Shown: positions 1-9,691, counted from the stretch's first letter. The stretch: DNA of 64,000 nucleotides from an uncultured Kiritimatiellota bacterium (GCA_934635045.1 CAKTZA010000009.1:4738-68737); one strand, 5' to 3'. Numbers and translations are program-made. Notes: generated by a model from the letters alone, not told the origin.

Positions 1-1008
1 GCGCATCTCCTTCCCCTGAATGAACGCCACTTCGCACCGCCCGCCGCGCGCCAGCCGATCGGCGAACGAGTTCACAACGCCCGCGACCGTCTCCGGCTCC
101 ACGAGCGCCATCAGCGGGAAGAGCGTCTTCCACGTGTCCCAGACCGTGTAATGGTCGTCCCACATCTCGCCCCGTCGACGCGGCTGGACGAACGCGTGGA
201 AGAGGTGCGTGTAGAATCGAACCTGCGACGCCACGTCCGACTTCGGCAGGGCGACGGTCGACAGCCGCTTGTTCCAGACCGCGCGCGCCGACGCAGCGAT
301 TTCGTCGAGCGAACGCCCGCGCAGTTCCGCATCGTGGAACTGCCGCGCCTCGTCGATCGACGCGAACGACACGACGATGCGCAGCTCGCCGTTGCCCTTC
401 GTCGCGTAGAACCAGCAGTCGTACGGCGCGGGGTTCCAGTTGCCGAAATACGTGCCGCCGCCGAAGAGCGCCTCGCCCTCGACCTTCATCCAGGCGTTCG
501 AGCTCGCGACGGCACGGCCGATTTTGCAGAGGAAGTCAACCGTCGGGTCGCCTTTCGAGTAGGCGTAGATCGCGCCATTCGCCGTCGCCGCCACGGCGAC
601 GTCCGTCCCCAGTTCGGTGAGGCGCGCGCGGAAACGGTAGGGATGCGCCTCCAGAACCTCCATGTCCGAAGGGGTGCCGAAGACCACACGGAACAGCCCA
701 TACGACGGCACGCCACCCGTCCCCTGCGCGTGGAGCTGCGAGAAGCCGGCGACCCTGTCGCCGTGCCAGAAGCCGTTCGGTGGCGGGAAGGCCTGTCCGG
801 GCGACGGCCACACCGTGTCCGGGCTCGGATGGACACTGCCGTGCGGGACGCACGGCCCCAGCAGGCAGCTGCCGCGCCCGACGCGCGCGCCAATCCGCGT
901 GTCCACGAAATCCGCCGGGGTCGTCCCCGCGTCCGTCGCCATTGCCGCCGTGCCGCACAGCGCTACCACGGTGCCGACAAGAATTCCGCACAAGATTCTC
1001 AGTTTCAT
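1..1008 (-). CDS. GH92-like alpha-mannosidase, N-terminal 336 codons (3' end runs off the window)
   Basis: Absent from the ORF track because it has no stop in the window. My minus-strand translation from ATG 1008..1006 gives MKLRILCGILVGTVVALCGTAAMA (signal peptide)...GFSQLHAQGTGGVPSYG...FYTHLFHAFVQP...VWDTWKTLFPLMALVEP, open in frame to base 1. The motif pattern recalls GH92. ATGA overlap with the upstream stop at 1005. Confidence 0.6.
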   Translation of the reverse strand, partial: MKLRILCGILVGTVVALCGTAAMATDAGTTPADFVDTRIGARVGRGSCLLGPCVPHGSVHPSPDTVWPSPGQAFPPPNGFWHGDRVAGFSQLHAQGTGGVPSYGLFRVVFGTPSDMEVLEAHPYRFRARLTELGTDVAVAATANGAIYAYSKGDPTVDFLCKIGRAVASSNAWMKVEGEALFGGGTYFGNWNPAPYDCWFYATKGNGELRIVVSFASIDEARQFHDAELRGRSLDEIAASARAVWNKRLSTVALPKSDVASQVRFYTHLFHAFVQPRRRGEMWDDHYTVWDTWKTLFPLMALVEPETVAGVVNSFADRLARGGRCEVAFIQGKEMR

Positions 1009-4000
1009 TTCTTCTTGCTAAACCACAGAACCGCACAGCCATGCGGCGGCAATGTCACGTTCAGCCGCTTCCCGTCCGTGGGGACGGTGCGACCGTCATG
1101 CAACGAGACCGGTGCGGCAACGCCGCAGTCCAGCGCCCCAGACAGCGGAACGGAAACGTCCGTCGCCTTCGACTGGTAGTTGCCGAGATACAGGATCGGC
1201 CCCGCGTCGCGGGCGATGACCTGCGCCTCGACGAAGTGCTCGGCGCCGTCGCCCTCAACCAAAACATCCGGCGGAAGGCCGTTCTCGTCAAGGATGCCCT
1301 TCCACGCCTCCAGCATCCGCCGCGCCGTCGGCGTCGCGACGAACTGGTAGACGCGCCCCCGTCCAAACGTCCGAACCTTCACGTCAGCCTTGTCATCCGG
1401 TCGCCCGGACTCGAAGCGGTCGATTCGCGTGAAGTCGCGTACGCAGGGGAAGAAGCCGTCCGCATCCGCAATCGGCGCGCCATATTCGTCGCCAAGGAAG
1501 GTTTCCGGCGAGGCGAGGGCGATGCCGCCGCGCTTCACCCAGTCGCGCACCTTCGCGAAGGCCTTCGGATCGACCAGGTGCGCCGCCGACAGCATCAGCG
1601 CACGATAGCGGGAGAGCGTGCCGTCGAGAACCTGCGACGACGTGACGAGGTCGAGCGGACGGCGCGCGAACGTGCCGGCGTAGAACTCCTTCTCCGGCGA
1701 GAACGGACGGCGCAGGTCGCACAGCGTCTCGAACGAGACGAACAGCGCCGTCGTGCCGCGAATGCGCGGCACGGGCGCCAGCAGTGCCCCGTAGTCCTTG
1801 AGCGACCGCCCGATCTCGCAGAGCGCCGGGAGGACGTCAAACTCGTTGTTCGCCGGGTGGTTGACCGAATCCGCCGCCGGGAAGAAGCTCCAGTAGGTCG
1901 GCACGATTCCCTGATCGCCATGAACCACGTGGCCCCAGACGCCCAGCCGGTATTCGTCGGCCGTCTTCTTGCCGCCGTACTTGACCATCGCGCCCTCCGT
2001 GTTGACGAGGGGCTGTCCGCCCTTCTCGGCGAGCGAGCTCAACAGCGCGGTGAACATGTAGCCCGCGTTGCCGATGGCGAGCGGCATCGCCTCGGGCGAC
2101 GAGACGTCGACCCACGGCGTGAAGATGCGCTCGGTCGAGAGGACGTCCGCATACGCGGCGACGGCCTCAAGGTCGCAGCCCCGCGTCGCGTAGCTGTGCC
2201 GATGGTCGCCGCCGGACACCGTGGCGAACGGCTGGATCGAGAACAGCACGCGGTTCGTGCCGAGCAGACGCTCGATCATCTCGCGCTTGCGCGCAATCGC
2301 CGCCGTGTACTGGCTCTGCTGGAACTTGATCCAGTCGACCGAGGGTGCCAGCCCGTTCGCGAACGTGGCCTTGGCGGTCAGCGGAGGCGGCTCGATCTCG
2401 CCAAACGTCCGATAGGCCTTGCGCCAGCGGGCGTTCAGCGCGTCAATCGACCCGTATTTCGTCTTCAGCCAGCGCGGGAACGCGACCCGGTTCGTCGGCG
2501 AATACGAGATGTAGAGCGACTCGTTATCCAGCTCGATCAGCTGGAGGTTCGCCCCCACCCCCAGCGTGTCGTCGAGACATTCGCGGTAAAGCCGTTCCAT
2601 CGCCTCCCAGGTGGACGGCTCCTCCGGGCAGCCGAGGAGCGAGTAGTTCGAGCCATGCTTGACGTCGATGCCCTGAACGTCGCGCAGAAACGTGTTGTAG
2701 GTAAAGAACACGGCGTTCATCTCCAGCGCCCAGGACTGATTCTTGACTTCGCGCGCCGTCCGGCGCAGCTCCGACCGCTCGTCGCGCCACTTGCCGTCGA
2801 CTTTCTGCTGATGCGTGCGGCGCGGATTGACGACGCCCTTGAACGTGTCCAGGACGGGATAGAGCGTGAACGTGGCGTAGTCGAAATTGAAGAGATCGAG
2901 TGCCGGGCCGAGATAGAGCTTGGCCAGCGGCGACGTGATGCCGTTGCCGCCCTGCCCGATGATGCCGCCGATCTCGGTTCCCCACATGATCTTAGGATGG
3001 CCGTCGACCAGGAACATGCCGTCGCGCGCCGTGACCTTCGGCTGATGCGCGGCACCCTTGCGCGGCGGATAGCACGCCATCAGGCGGGCATAGGCGTTGG
3101 TCTCCCACGCATACTCCCGTTCGCAACACGCGAGCTCGCTTGCGAAGTCATTCTGCAGTTGCGCGAACTCGCCCGCCGTGTCAGCGTTCAGCTCCAGGAA
3201 GGCGACAAAATCGTGCCCCGCCGTCGACTTCTCCTGCTGGCGCGGATCCGGGTGGCCCGGCTTGCGCGTGAAGGAGTCCGACCAGACGCCGCGCAGCTGG
3301 CGGATCTGCTGTACATCGGCCCACAGCCGCGTCTCATCGCCCTTCCGAAGGATTGCCGCCGCGATGCCGACCTCGTTCGTCGCGCCATCCCGCGCCACGT
3401 GCAGCCACGCCGTCGGAAAGACGCGCCAGCCCTTCGCCGTGCAGGTCGCCGCGTCCAGGACGCGGTAGTAGGCGGACGGATAGGCCGGCAGGACGAACTT
3501 CGCCGGAACCCGCGCGCAGGCCGTCGTCCAAAAGATCTCGCCGTCCTTGATTTCCTGTCCGAAGGCCGAGCGCAGCGGAACGTCCATCTGCCTCACGGAA
3601 TCGAGGAACGCCTCGACGGCATCGACCGAGCCGACCTTGGAGTAGCGCGTCGCCTTGAGCGTGCGCCCCAGGCCGTAGGCGAGCAGCGTGTTCGCCATGC
3701 GATACTCGTCGCGCTGGCGGGCAACGGTATCGATGCGCTTGCACAGGGCCAGTTCCTTCTCGTCCACGACGTCTTTCGCCGCCGTGACGTCCGCCGGAAG
3801 CGTCACGTAGGTCTGCGCGTCCCGCGCGGCCTTCAGTTTCACGGTCTTGCCGTCGCGCGACGGCTCCTCCCGCCCGCGCTGGAGCGTGACCGCGATGATG
3901 CCGACAACCGCCGTGGTGTTGCGCGACACGATGTCGAGCGACTTGAGTTCCTTTTCGGGATGCGGATTCTCCACAACCTTGCGCCAGACGCCGACCAGTC

Positions 4001-4523
4001 GCCCGACGGGGTTGTAGCCGGCCCACGCGAGCGTCGCAGCGGACAGTTCCTCCGGCACCCACCAGTTGCCGACGTCCGCCTTGAACCGCATCGGCAGAAC
4101 CTCCCGCGTCCCGTCGCGATAGGTGAGCACATAGTCGAAGACCGGCTTGCCGAACAGCTTGTCGTCGCCCCACGCGGCGGACTGGAGAAAGTGCAGACGA
4201 TCCCACATGCCGGGCGGCAGCGCGATGCCCTTCACCTCCGGCGGGAAATACGGGCGGTTCGCGCTCTGCAGGGCGATGCAGGTGGCCCCGCCGTTCTTGT
4301 CGGGGTTGATGACGTCGAAGACGACGCCGGCGAACGAGCGCATTCCGACCGGGAACGTGCGCAGGTCGTTCAGGCCTTCGTCGAACCAGCCGCCCATGTA
4401 GTCGTTGGCGACCGAATCGGAGAAACCTGTCGTGACCTTCTTGCGCAAGTCCACGCAGCGAAACTCGGCGGCGGCGGAGAGCGTCAGCAGGACGCCCAGC
4501 CCCCAAAAACTCAAACGCTTCAT
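1005..4523 (-). CDS. Secreted GH42-like beta-galactosidase-family glycoside hydrolase with large N-terminal extension
   Basis: 1172-aa ORF with N-terminal signal peptide MKRLSFWGLGVLLTLSAAAE. The LQLIELDNESLYISYSP...FPRWLKTKYGSIDALNARWRKAY block resembles the GH42 acid/base region and following helix. Confidence 0.55.
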   Translation of the reverse strand: MKRLSFWGLGVLLTLSAAAEFRCVDLRKKVTTGFSDSVANDYMGGWFDEGLNDLRTFPVGMRSFAGVVFDVINPDKNGGATCIALQSANRPYFPPEVKGIALPPGMWDRLHFLQSAAWGDDKLFGKPVFDYVLTYRDGTREVLPMRFKADVGNWWVPEELSAATLAWAGYNPVGRLVGVWRKVVENPHPEKELKSLDIVSRNTTAVVGIIAVTLQRGREEPSRDGKTVKLKAARDAQTYVTLPADVTAAKDVVDEKELALCKRIDTVARQRDEYRMANTLLAYGLGRTLKATRYSKVGSVDAVEAFLDSVRQMDVPLRSAFGQEIKDGEIFWTTACARVPAKFVLPAYPSAYYRVLDAATCTAKGWRVFPTAWLHVARDGATNEVGIAAAILRKGDETRLWADVQQIRQLRGVWSDSFTRKPGHPDPRQQEKSTAGHDFVAFLELNADTAGEFAQLQNDFASELACCEREYAWETNAYARLMACYPPRKGAAHQPKVTARDGMFLVDGHPKIMWGTEIGGIIGQGGNGITSPLAKLYLGPALDLFNFDYATFTLYPVLDTFKGVVNPRRTHQQKVDGKWRDERSELRRTAREVKNQSWALEMNAVFFTYNTFLRDVQGIDVKHGSNYSLLGCPEEPSTWEAMERLYRECLDDTLGVGANLQLIELDNESLYISYSPTNRVAFPRWLKTKYGSIDALNARWRKAYRTFGEIEPPPLTAKATFANGLAPSVDWIKFQQSQYTAAIARKREMIERLLGTNRVLFSIQPFATVSGGDHRHSYATRGCDLEAVAAYADVLSTERIFTPWVDVSSPEAMPLAIGNAGYMFTALLSSLAEKGGQPLVNTEGAMVKYGGKKTADEYRLGVWGHVVHGDQGIVPTYWSFFPAADSVNHPANNEFDVLPALCEIGRSLKDYGALLAPVPRIRGTTALFVSFETLCDLRRPFSPEKEFYAGTFARRPLDLVTSSQVLDGTLSRYRALMLSAAHLVDPKAFAKVRDWVKRGGIALASPETFLGDEYGAPIADADGFFPCVRDFTRIDRFESGRPDDKADVKVRTFGRGRVYQFVATPTARRMLEAWKGILDENGLPPDVLVEGDGAEHFVEAQVIARDAGPILYLGNYQSKATDVSVPLSGALDCGVAAPVSLHDGRTVPTDGKRLNVTLPPHGCAVLWFSKKK

Positions 4524-4545
4524 CTGAAACAGATCCTTTCTCGTC

Positions 4546-6510
4546 TTAGCGAATGATCACCACCGTGCCGCGTTGCGAGCGCACGTAGACCTCGATCGTC
4601 TTCTCGGTGACGACCGCACGGATGCCCGGGCCGCAGTCGATGTCGTCGACCGTGATGTTGTTGCCCGCCTCGGCGTTGGTGAAGTTCCACTTGTCGTTCG
4701 TCACCTTCATCAGCGTCCAGTGTCCGCGTGTGCGCGGCCCCTCTTCGCCCATCACGCGAATCAGCGGCCGCCCCGTCTTCTTGGCGTTGTCGCGCCGCGT
4801 GACGGTGCCGCACGTGACGACGGACTGATCCGGATTCGTCAGCTCGTAGCCCTCGCGCGGGATGTGGAAGTTGTAGGTCGCATCACCGAAGAAATTGAGA
4901 TTGGTCGCCTCCAGACGAGGATTGTCGCCCAAGAAGCGAATCTGGCAGTTGCTGTCCGTCAGATCCTTGAAGTTCGGCTGGAAGTTCGCGACTCGAAGTG
5001 TCGCGTTCGAGATGTCCAGCCGCGTGTCGCGCGAATAGTCGCCGAGGATCAGCCGCGCACAGCCGAAGACGGCACCGTTCACGAGTTCGAGACGTCCGCC
5101 CGTTCCACGTGCGTCAGCCGAAGAGCCGCCGTCCACCACCACTTTCGCCGTCCCGTCATCGACAAGTTCGGCATTGTCAAACCGAATCAAGCCGTCGCAT
5201 CCGACCGTCGTCAGGCTCGCGTTCTTCGTCAGCATGACCTGTGCCCCGTCCGAGGCGCAAAAGACGTTGTTCGACGCCGACGCGGTCGCGCCGATGCGGA
5301 CGGTCGTGTTCTCGAAGGCGGCACGGGCCGCCGCGCCCGCGACGGAAAAGACGTTGCCCGTCGACGCATGGCCGATGTCCCAGTACGCTGTCGCGGCATT
5401 CGTGACGGTCAGCGTGCCGCCGACGGTGACGCGGTTGCCGACGTTGGCAGCGTCGCACCCCATCGACAGCGGGCCGCAGTAGGTGAGTCCGGCGTCCGCC
5501 GGAATCTCGAACGCATTCTCGCACGATTCGGCGCCGTAGCCCACGGCCACGCCGCTCTTGGTGTAGAGGTAGTTGCCAAGTCCGCGCACGAGCAGGCGGT
5601 TGCCGACAATCGGATTCGGATGCGTCGTGTCCGCCGCGTCGCGCGAACGCCCCAGCTGGATGTCGCCCTGCGCAAACACACGGCCGCCGTTGGCGATCTC
5701 GAACGTGTTGGACGAGCTGTTCTCGCCAATCCAGATGCCGTAGTCGGCCATCAGGGTCGCATCGTCCACCAGCACGCGATTTCGGTCGCCCGCACCTAAG
5801 TTGTAGTAGATTCCGACGCGCACGGACGCCCATTTGGCGCTGCCGACGAAAGAGGCAGTCGCCTTGTTCGAGACGGCGAAGACGTTATCCGAACCCTGTG
5901 CCAGGCGGAGTGTGTTGTCGTTCGTCACCCGGTAGGTCGTCCCCTCGCCTGTCACGACAATTTCGTTGCCGCCCGCCGTCGTCGTGTTAGCACTGACCTG
6001 AATCGACCCTTCGAATGTCGCGCCGTCCCTGATAACGAGGCGGTTCGGGCCCGCATTCGGACTGAGCGAGAAGTAGTTGGCGACCGAGCAAAGCGTCCCC
6101 CGACCGGCGACCGTCAACACGTTGCCCCTGTCGTTCGCGCCGTCACCCATGAACATTCGGTCGTTCAGCGTCCGCAGTGTGCCGCTCGACAAGAGGAACT
6201 CCCGACCGGCCCCATTAAAGAAGACGCGGTTGTCTGCCGTGAGGACATGCCCATCGCCGAGGGCCAGTTCCAGATTCGCGGACAGGCTCAAGTTGTAGAC
6301 GGTCAGCACCGAAGCCGATGCCAGCGTCAATGGCGACGACTGCTCAAGCACGACAAGGGCCGTGTCGGTTTCAGAAGGGATTACCCCCCCCCCCCCCCAG
6401 TTGTCCGAGAGGGCGAGATCGCCGCCATCCGCGCGATTCCACGTGTAATCGTCCGCAACGCCCGGCAGGGTGCCCGCCAAAACCGCCAACAGTGCTACTT
6501 GAATTTTCAT
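4546..6510 (-). CDS. Secreted repetitive beta-helix/adhesin-like protein with G15 tract near the 5' end and C-terminal ...VVIIR tail
   Basis: Start chosen at ATG 6510 (MKIQVALLAVLAGTLPGVADD signal peptide) behind the SD-like AAGGAAG. The track start at 6837 reads through intergenic repeats. The body is Gly/Asn/Thr/Val-rich and repetitive. Confidence 0.6.
   Translation of the reverse strand: MKIQVALLAVLAGTLPGVADDYTWNRADGGDLALSDNWGGGGVIPSETDTALVVLEQSSPLTLASASVLTVYNLSLSANLELALGDGHVLTADNRVFFNGAGREFLLSSGTLRTLNDRMFMGDGANDRGNVLTVAGRGTLCSVANYFSLSPNAGPNRLVIRDGATFEGSIQVSANTTTAGGNEIVVTGEGTTYRVTNDNTLRLAQGSDNVFAVSNKATASFVGSAKWASVRVGIYYNLGAGDRNRVLVDDATLMADYGIWIGENSSSNTFEIANGGRVFAQGDIQLGRSRDAADTTHPNPIVGNRLLVRGLGNYLYTKSGVAVGYGAESCENAFEIPADAGLTYCGPLSMGCDAANVGNRVTVGGTLTVTNAATAYWDIGHASTGNVFSVAGAAARAAFENTTVRIGATASASNNVFCASDGAQVMLTKNASLTTVGCDGLIRFDNAELVDDGTAKVVVDGGSSADARGTGGRLELVNGAVFGCARLILGDYSRDTRLDISNATLRVANFQPNFKDLTDSNCQIRFLGDNPRLEATNLNFFGDATYNFHIPREGYELTNPDQSVVTCGTVTRRDNAKKTGRPLIRVMGEEGPRTRGHWTLMKVTNDKWNFTNAEAGNNITVDDIDCGPGIRAVVTEKTIEVYVRSQRGTVVIIR
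6384..6398 (-). repeat. Homopolymer C15 (G15 on the coding strand) inside the beta-helix protein gene
   Basis: ttaCCCCCCCCCCCCCCCag; encodes W-G-G-G-G-V around codons 38-43. Confidence 0.95.
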
Positions 6511-6542
6511 TGTCTTCCTTCTTTTCATTTGAGATTGCGAAT

Positions 6543-6571
6543 AATATACCATTATTTTCCGTCTGAGTAAA
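6543..6571 (-). promoter_or_regulatory. Sigma-70-type promoter (TTTACT-N17-TGGTATATT) for the beta-helix protein gene
   Basis: Minus strand reads TTCCTTTACTCAGACGGAAAATAATGGTATATT. The block closely resembles the one at 9664-9691. Confidence 0.55.
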
Positions 6572-6726
6572 GGAAGCGTTTCGCAAAGCTTTCGGAAGCA
6601 ATTCGCACGGCTGGCGAGAAGCTGGCGAGAAGGAGGATAATACCTGTCGCAGTGCGGCATGCGACCACGAAACGCCACCGCCGCGAAGCGTCGTAGGAAT
6701 GCGTGCCTCACATGAAACGGGGAATG

Positions 6727-6841
6727 TCTCACACGGAGATACGGAGGCACGGAGGGAAAGCGGATGCAGTCGGTCGATGTTGCGCACCACGACTCCCCCA
6801 ACCCTACCACTTGAACCCTACCACTGGGGTCAGACACTCTT
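6727..6841. repeat. Intergenic repeat R, copy 1 (TCTCACACGGAGATACGGAGGCACGGAGGGAAAGCGGATGC...GGGGTCAGACACTCTT)
   Basis: Direct repeat of 7080-7193 with a handful of mismatches by eye. Confidence 0.85.
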
Positions 6842-6876
6842 TAGCAGACACTCTTTAGCACGGAATCAAGAATTTC

Positions 6877-7050
6877 AACGCAAAGATCGCAAAGACTCTC
6901 GACGCAAAGTCCACAAAGGCTTTGCGTTCTTTGCGTGACCCTCTGCGCTCTTGGCGTTAAAAAACGTCGCGACCTCATCGTTTCGTGTTCTCGCGCAGAG
7001 CCGCCGAGAACGCAGAGATTCGCCAGACGCCTCTGCGTCTCTGCGTGAAG
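6877..7050. repeat. GCAAAG/CTTTGC (and GCAGAG/CTCTGC) hairpin-rich intergenic element, same family as A1/A2
   Basis: Starts tttcaacgcaaag... and ends ...ttggcgttaa, like 24048-24125. Internal inverted GCAAAG...CTTTGC arms. Confidence 0.7.
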
Positions 7051-7079
7051 CCACGTCTCACACGACGAAACGGAATTGT

Positions 7080-7193
7080 TCTCACACGGAGATACGGAGG
7101 CACGGAGGGAAAGCGGATGCTGTCGGTCGACGTGCGCACCACACCGCACCAAACCCTACCACTCGAACCCTATCACTGGGGTCAGACACTCTT
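7080..7193. repeat. Intergenic repeat R, copy 2
   Basis: See 6727-6841. An R fragment also lies inverted inside nadE at ~53777-53822. Confidence 0.85.
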
Positions 7194-7200
7194 TTGCACG

Positions 7201-9654
7201 TCAATCCGTCTGGTCGGCGAGGTGCGTGACCGTCAGCGCGTCCCGCGACAGCTTGCCGGCGAACGTCAGCGTCCGCGGACGGCCCGGCAGCAGCGTGAGG
7301 CAGTTGTCGTCGAACTCGCCGCGCACGCCCTTCACGTTCGCCCAGACGTAGAACGCGGGCCTGTCCGTCGCGAGCTCGACCGCCCCCGACGGCGTGACGG
7401 TCGCCGTCACCTTCGCCCGCGCGAGCGGCATGTCCTTGTAGAACCCGAAGTGCCAGTCGTTCTGGAACGTGCCGCGCGCCGTCTTCAGCGTCAGCACGAG
7501 GAAGGTTGGGGCGTGGGCGTTGTCGGGGGTGGGCTGGGCGAAAGACGCGATCGCCGTCGAGCTGTCGGGCGGGAGCGCGACCGGCCGGGTCTCGGCGGAG
7601 ACGATGCGCCCGTCATACGTCCAGTACTCCAGCGTCAGCTCGCCCGTCACCGTCTCGGCGGTGTCGTTGAGCCCGAAGACCTGCCCGTGCGTCACGTCGG
7701 CCTGACCGTCCGCGACCGTCGGCTGGGCGACGACGGTGACCGGCGCGTAGAAGCGTTTCGCGAGATACTGCAGCGGCTTCCACTTGCCGCCGTACTCGAT
7801 CGAACTCCAGCTCGCGACAGGCCAGTTGTCGTTCAGTTGCCAGAAGAGCGTCCCCATGCAGCGCGGACGCTGCGCGCGCCAACCGTCCACGGCCATCTTG
7901 ATCGCCATGCCCTGCTGGAACTGCGACAGCAGCAGCTCGGCCTCGACGTCCTTCGCCGGACGGAAGTAGCGCCGCATCGTCTCGCGGATGCGCCGGTTGC
8001 CGCCGGGGTTCTTCTGGTGCCACTCGAATTCCGGTGCGCGCGACAGGATCTGCTCGCGCGTCGCGAACGTCTCGGCGACCTCCATCGACGGGAAGCTCTG
8101 GTAGCCGAACTCGCTGCAGAAGCGCGGCGAATAGGCGTAGTAGGCGTCAAACGGACGGTTCTCGTGCCAGACCTGCCAGTTGTGCATGTCGCCCTGCGCG
8201 TCGTTCGTCCAGTTGTCCGCGAAGTTGCCGGGGCCAGCGCACGGCGAACTCGGCCAAAACATCCGCGACGGGTCATAACGCGCGACCAGCTCGTCCTGCA
8301 CGGCGTGGCGCTTCATCAGCGCGTCCTTGTAGAATTCCGGCTCCGCCCGCGTCTCCTTGAACCACTTGAGCGCGCCGACGCACTCGTTGTCGCCGCACCA
8401 AAGCGCAATCGAGGCGTGGTCGCGGAGGCGGCGCAGCTGGTGGGCGAGTTCGGCGCGCACCTCGCCAAGAAATTCGTCCGTCGCCGGATAGACGGCACAC
8501 GCGAACATCTGATCGTGCCAGACGAGGAGGCCCAGTTCGTCGCAAAGATCGTAGAACGCGTCCTTCTCGAACTGCCCGCCGCCCCAAAGTCGGATCATGT
8601 TCATGTTCGCCGCCGCCGCGCTCGTCAGGAGATCGCGATATTTCTCCGGCGTCTGGCGCGACTCGAAGGCGTCACAGAGAATCCAGTTCGCGCCCTTCAT
8701 GAAGAGCTCGCGGTTGTTGACGCGCACGGCGAGCCGCGACCCCGGCTTACCCTTCGCGTCCACATCGGGCGTCGTCAGGATCTCGATCTTGCGCAGGCCA
8801 ATCCGGCGCGTCACCGTCTCGTCGCCGACCTTCACGGAATACGTGTAGAACCTCTGCTCCCCTGCACCATTCGGACACCAGAGCGGCGGGTTCGCAATCG
8901 AGAGGCGGTTCGTGACCGTCGACGCGCGTCCGTCCGCGTCCGTGACGTCCGCGAAGACCGTGAGGTCGCAGTGCGAGAGGTCGTCGTTGAACGTCTGCTC
9001 GGAGTAGACGTACTCGACCTTCAGCCCGTCGTGGGCGACGAGGCGCACGGGGCCGCAAAGGCCTGCCGTCATCTGCGCGAGGCCCCAGTCCCACCCAGCG
9101 TGGCAGGCGGGCTTGCGGATGAGTGCCTGGTTTTTCGCCCACGGCACGTTGCTCATCGGGAACGCGCGCCCGATTGCCGCGCGGCGGCGGTCGGCCTCTC
9201 GCCACGCGCTGCGGAAGACGGCGCGGATCTCGTTGCGCCCGGCCTTCAGCGCGCCCTTCGCGTCGAACGTCCAGCGCGCGAAGCGGTTCGACGTCGCACC
9301 GACCTTGACGCCGTTCAGGTAAATGTCCGCAAACGTGTCCGCGTCCTCGATCTCCAGCACGATGCGCCGCTTCGCGAGGAAGTCGGGCGCAACATCGAAC
9401 GCGCGCGCGAAAACCCAGTCCGTCTGGCCGACCCACTGGACGTTCGTCTCGTTGCAGCCCCAATACGGGTCGGGGATCCGCCCCGCGTCAAGCAGCGCGG
9501 TGTGGACGTCGCCCGGCACCCGCACGGCGCACGTCTGCGCGGCGTTCGTCACGGGGGACAAGCGCCAAATGCCCGACAAATCCACGACATCCGCCGACCA
9601 GGCGGAGGCCGCGACAACCATCAGAAACGAACAAACGAGTCTCTTGCTATTCAT
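7201..9654 (-). CDS. GH2 beta-mannosidase
   Basis: Motifs LFMKGANWILCDAF, NMIRLWGGGQFEKDAFYDLCDELGLLVWHDQMFACAVYPA and LWCGDNEC are typical of GH2 beta-mannosidases. Start set at MNSKRL (ATG 9654) because ATG 9663 abuts the -10 box. Confidence 0.8.
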   Translation of the reverse strand: MNSKRLVCSFLMVVAASAWSADVVDLSGIWRLSPVTNAAQTCAVRVPGDVHTALLDAGRIPDPYWGCNETNVQWVGQTDWVFARAFDVAPDFLAKRRIVLEIEDADTFADIYLNGVKVGATSNRFARWTFDAKGALKAGRNEIRAVFRSAWREADRRRAAIGRAFPMSNVPWAKNQALIRKPACHAGWDWGLAQMTAGLCGPVRLVAHDGLKVEYVYSEQTFNDDLSHCDLTVFADVTDADGRASTVTNRLSIANPPLWCPNGAGEQRFYTYSVKVGDETVTRRIGLRKIEILTTPDVDAKGKPGSRLAVRVNNRELFMKGANWILCDAFESRQTPEKYRDLLTSAAAANMNMIRLWGGGQFEKDAFYDLCDELGLLVWHDQMFACAVYPATDEFLGEVRAELAHQLRRLRDHASIALWCGDNECVGALKWFKETRAEPEFYKDALMKRHAVQDELVARYDPSRMFWPSSPCAGPGNFADNWTNDAQGDMHNWQVWHENRPFDAYYAYSPRFCSEFGYQSFPSMEVAETFATREQILSRAPEFEWHQKNPGGNRRIRETMRRYFRPAKDVEAELLLSQFQQGMAIKMAVDGWRAQRPRCMGTLFWQLNDNWPVASWSSIEYGGKWKPLQYLAKRFYAPVTVVAQPTVADGQADVTHGQVFGLNDTAETVTGELTLEYWTYDGRIVSAETRPVALPPDSSTAIASFAQPTPDNAHAPTFLVLTLKTARGTFQNDWHFGFYKDMPLARAKVTATVTPSGAVELATDRPAFYVWANVKGVRGEFDDNCLTLLPGRPRTLTFAGKLSRDALTVTHLADQTD

Positions 9655-9663
9655 TGGGGACAT

Positions 9664-9691
9664 AGTATACCATATTTTCCCAATGAGTAAA
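9664..9691 (-). promoter_or_regulatory. Sigma-70-type promoter (TTTACT-N16-TGGTATACT) for beta-mannosidase
   Basis: Minus strand reads TTCCTTTACTCATTGGGAAAATATGGTATACT. The -10 ends 10 nt before ATG 9654. Confidence 0.55.

Noticed and set aside
780-4556. Very long plus-strand ORFs (780..4556, 6985..9690, 11556..14078, 43932..46931, 50038..52308, 57498..59417 and similar)
   Set aside because: They are Arg/Ala/Pro/Gly-rich with no recognisable motifs. Each lies exactly antisense to a minus-strand gene with clear family signatures. This is the typical stop-codon-poor shadow frame of GC-rich DNA.
6511-6837. N-terminal extension of the beta-helix protein ORF (track start at 6837)
   Set aside because: The extension runs through the promoter and intergenic repeat R and contains no signal peptide. 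A good SD plus signal peptide begins at ATG 6510.
6841-7152. 103-aa minus-strand ORF and the neighbouring small ORFs in the 6.5-7.2 kb spacer
   Set aside because: They are encoded entirely by the R and GCAAAG repeat elements (peptides such as LRASVSPCE and SLCGLCVESLCDLCVEI). No SD, no domain.
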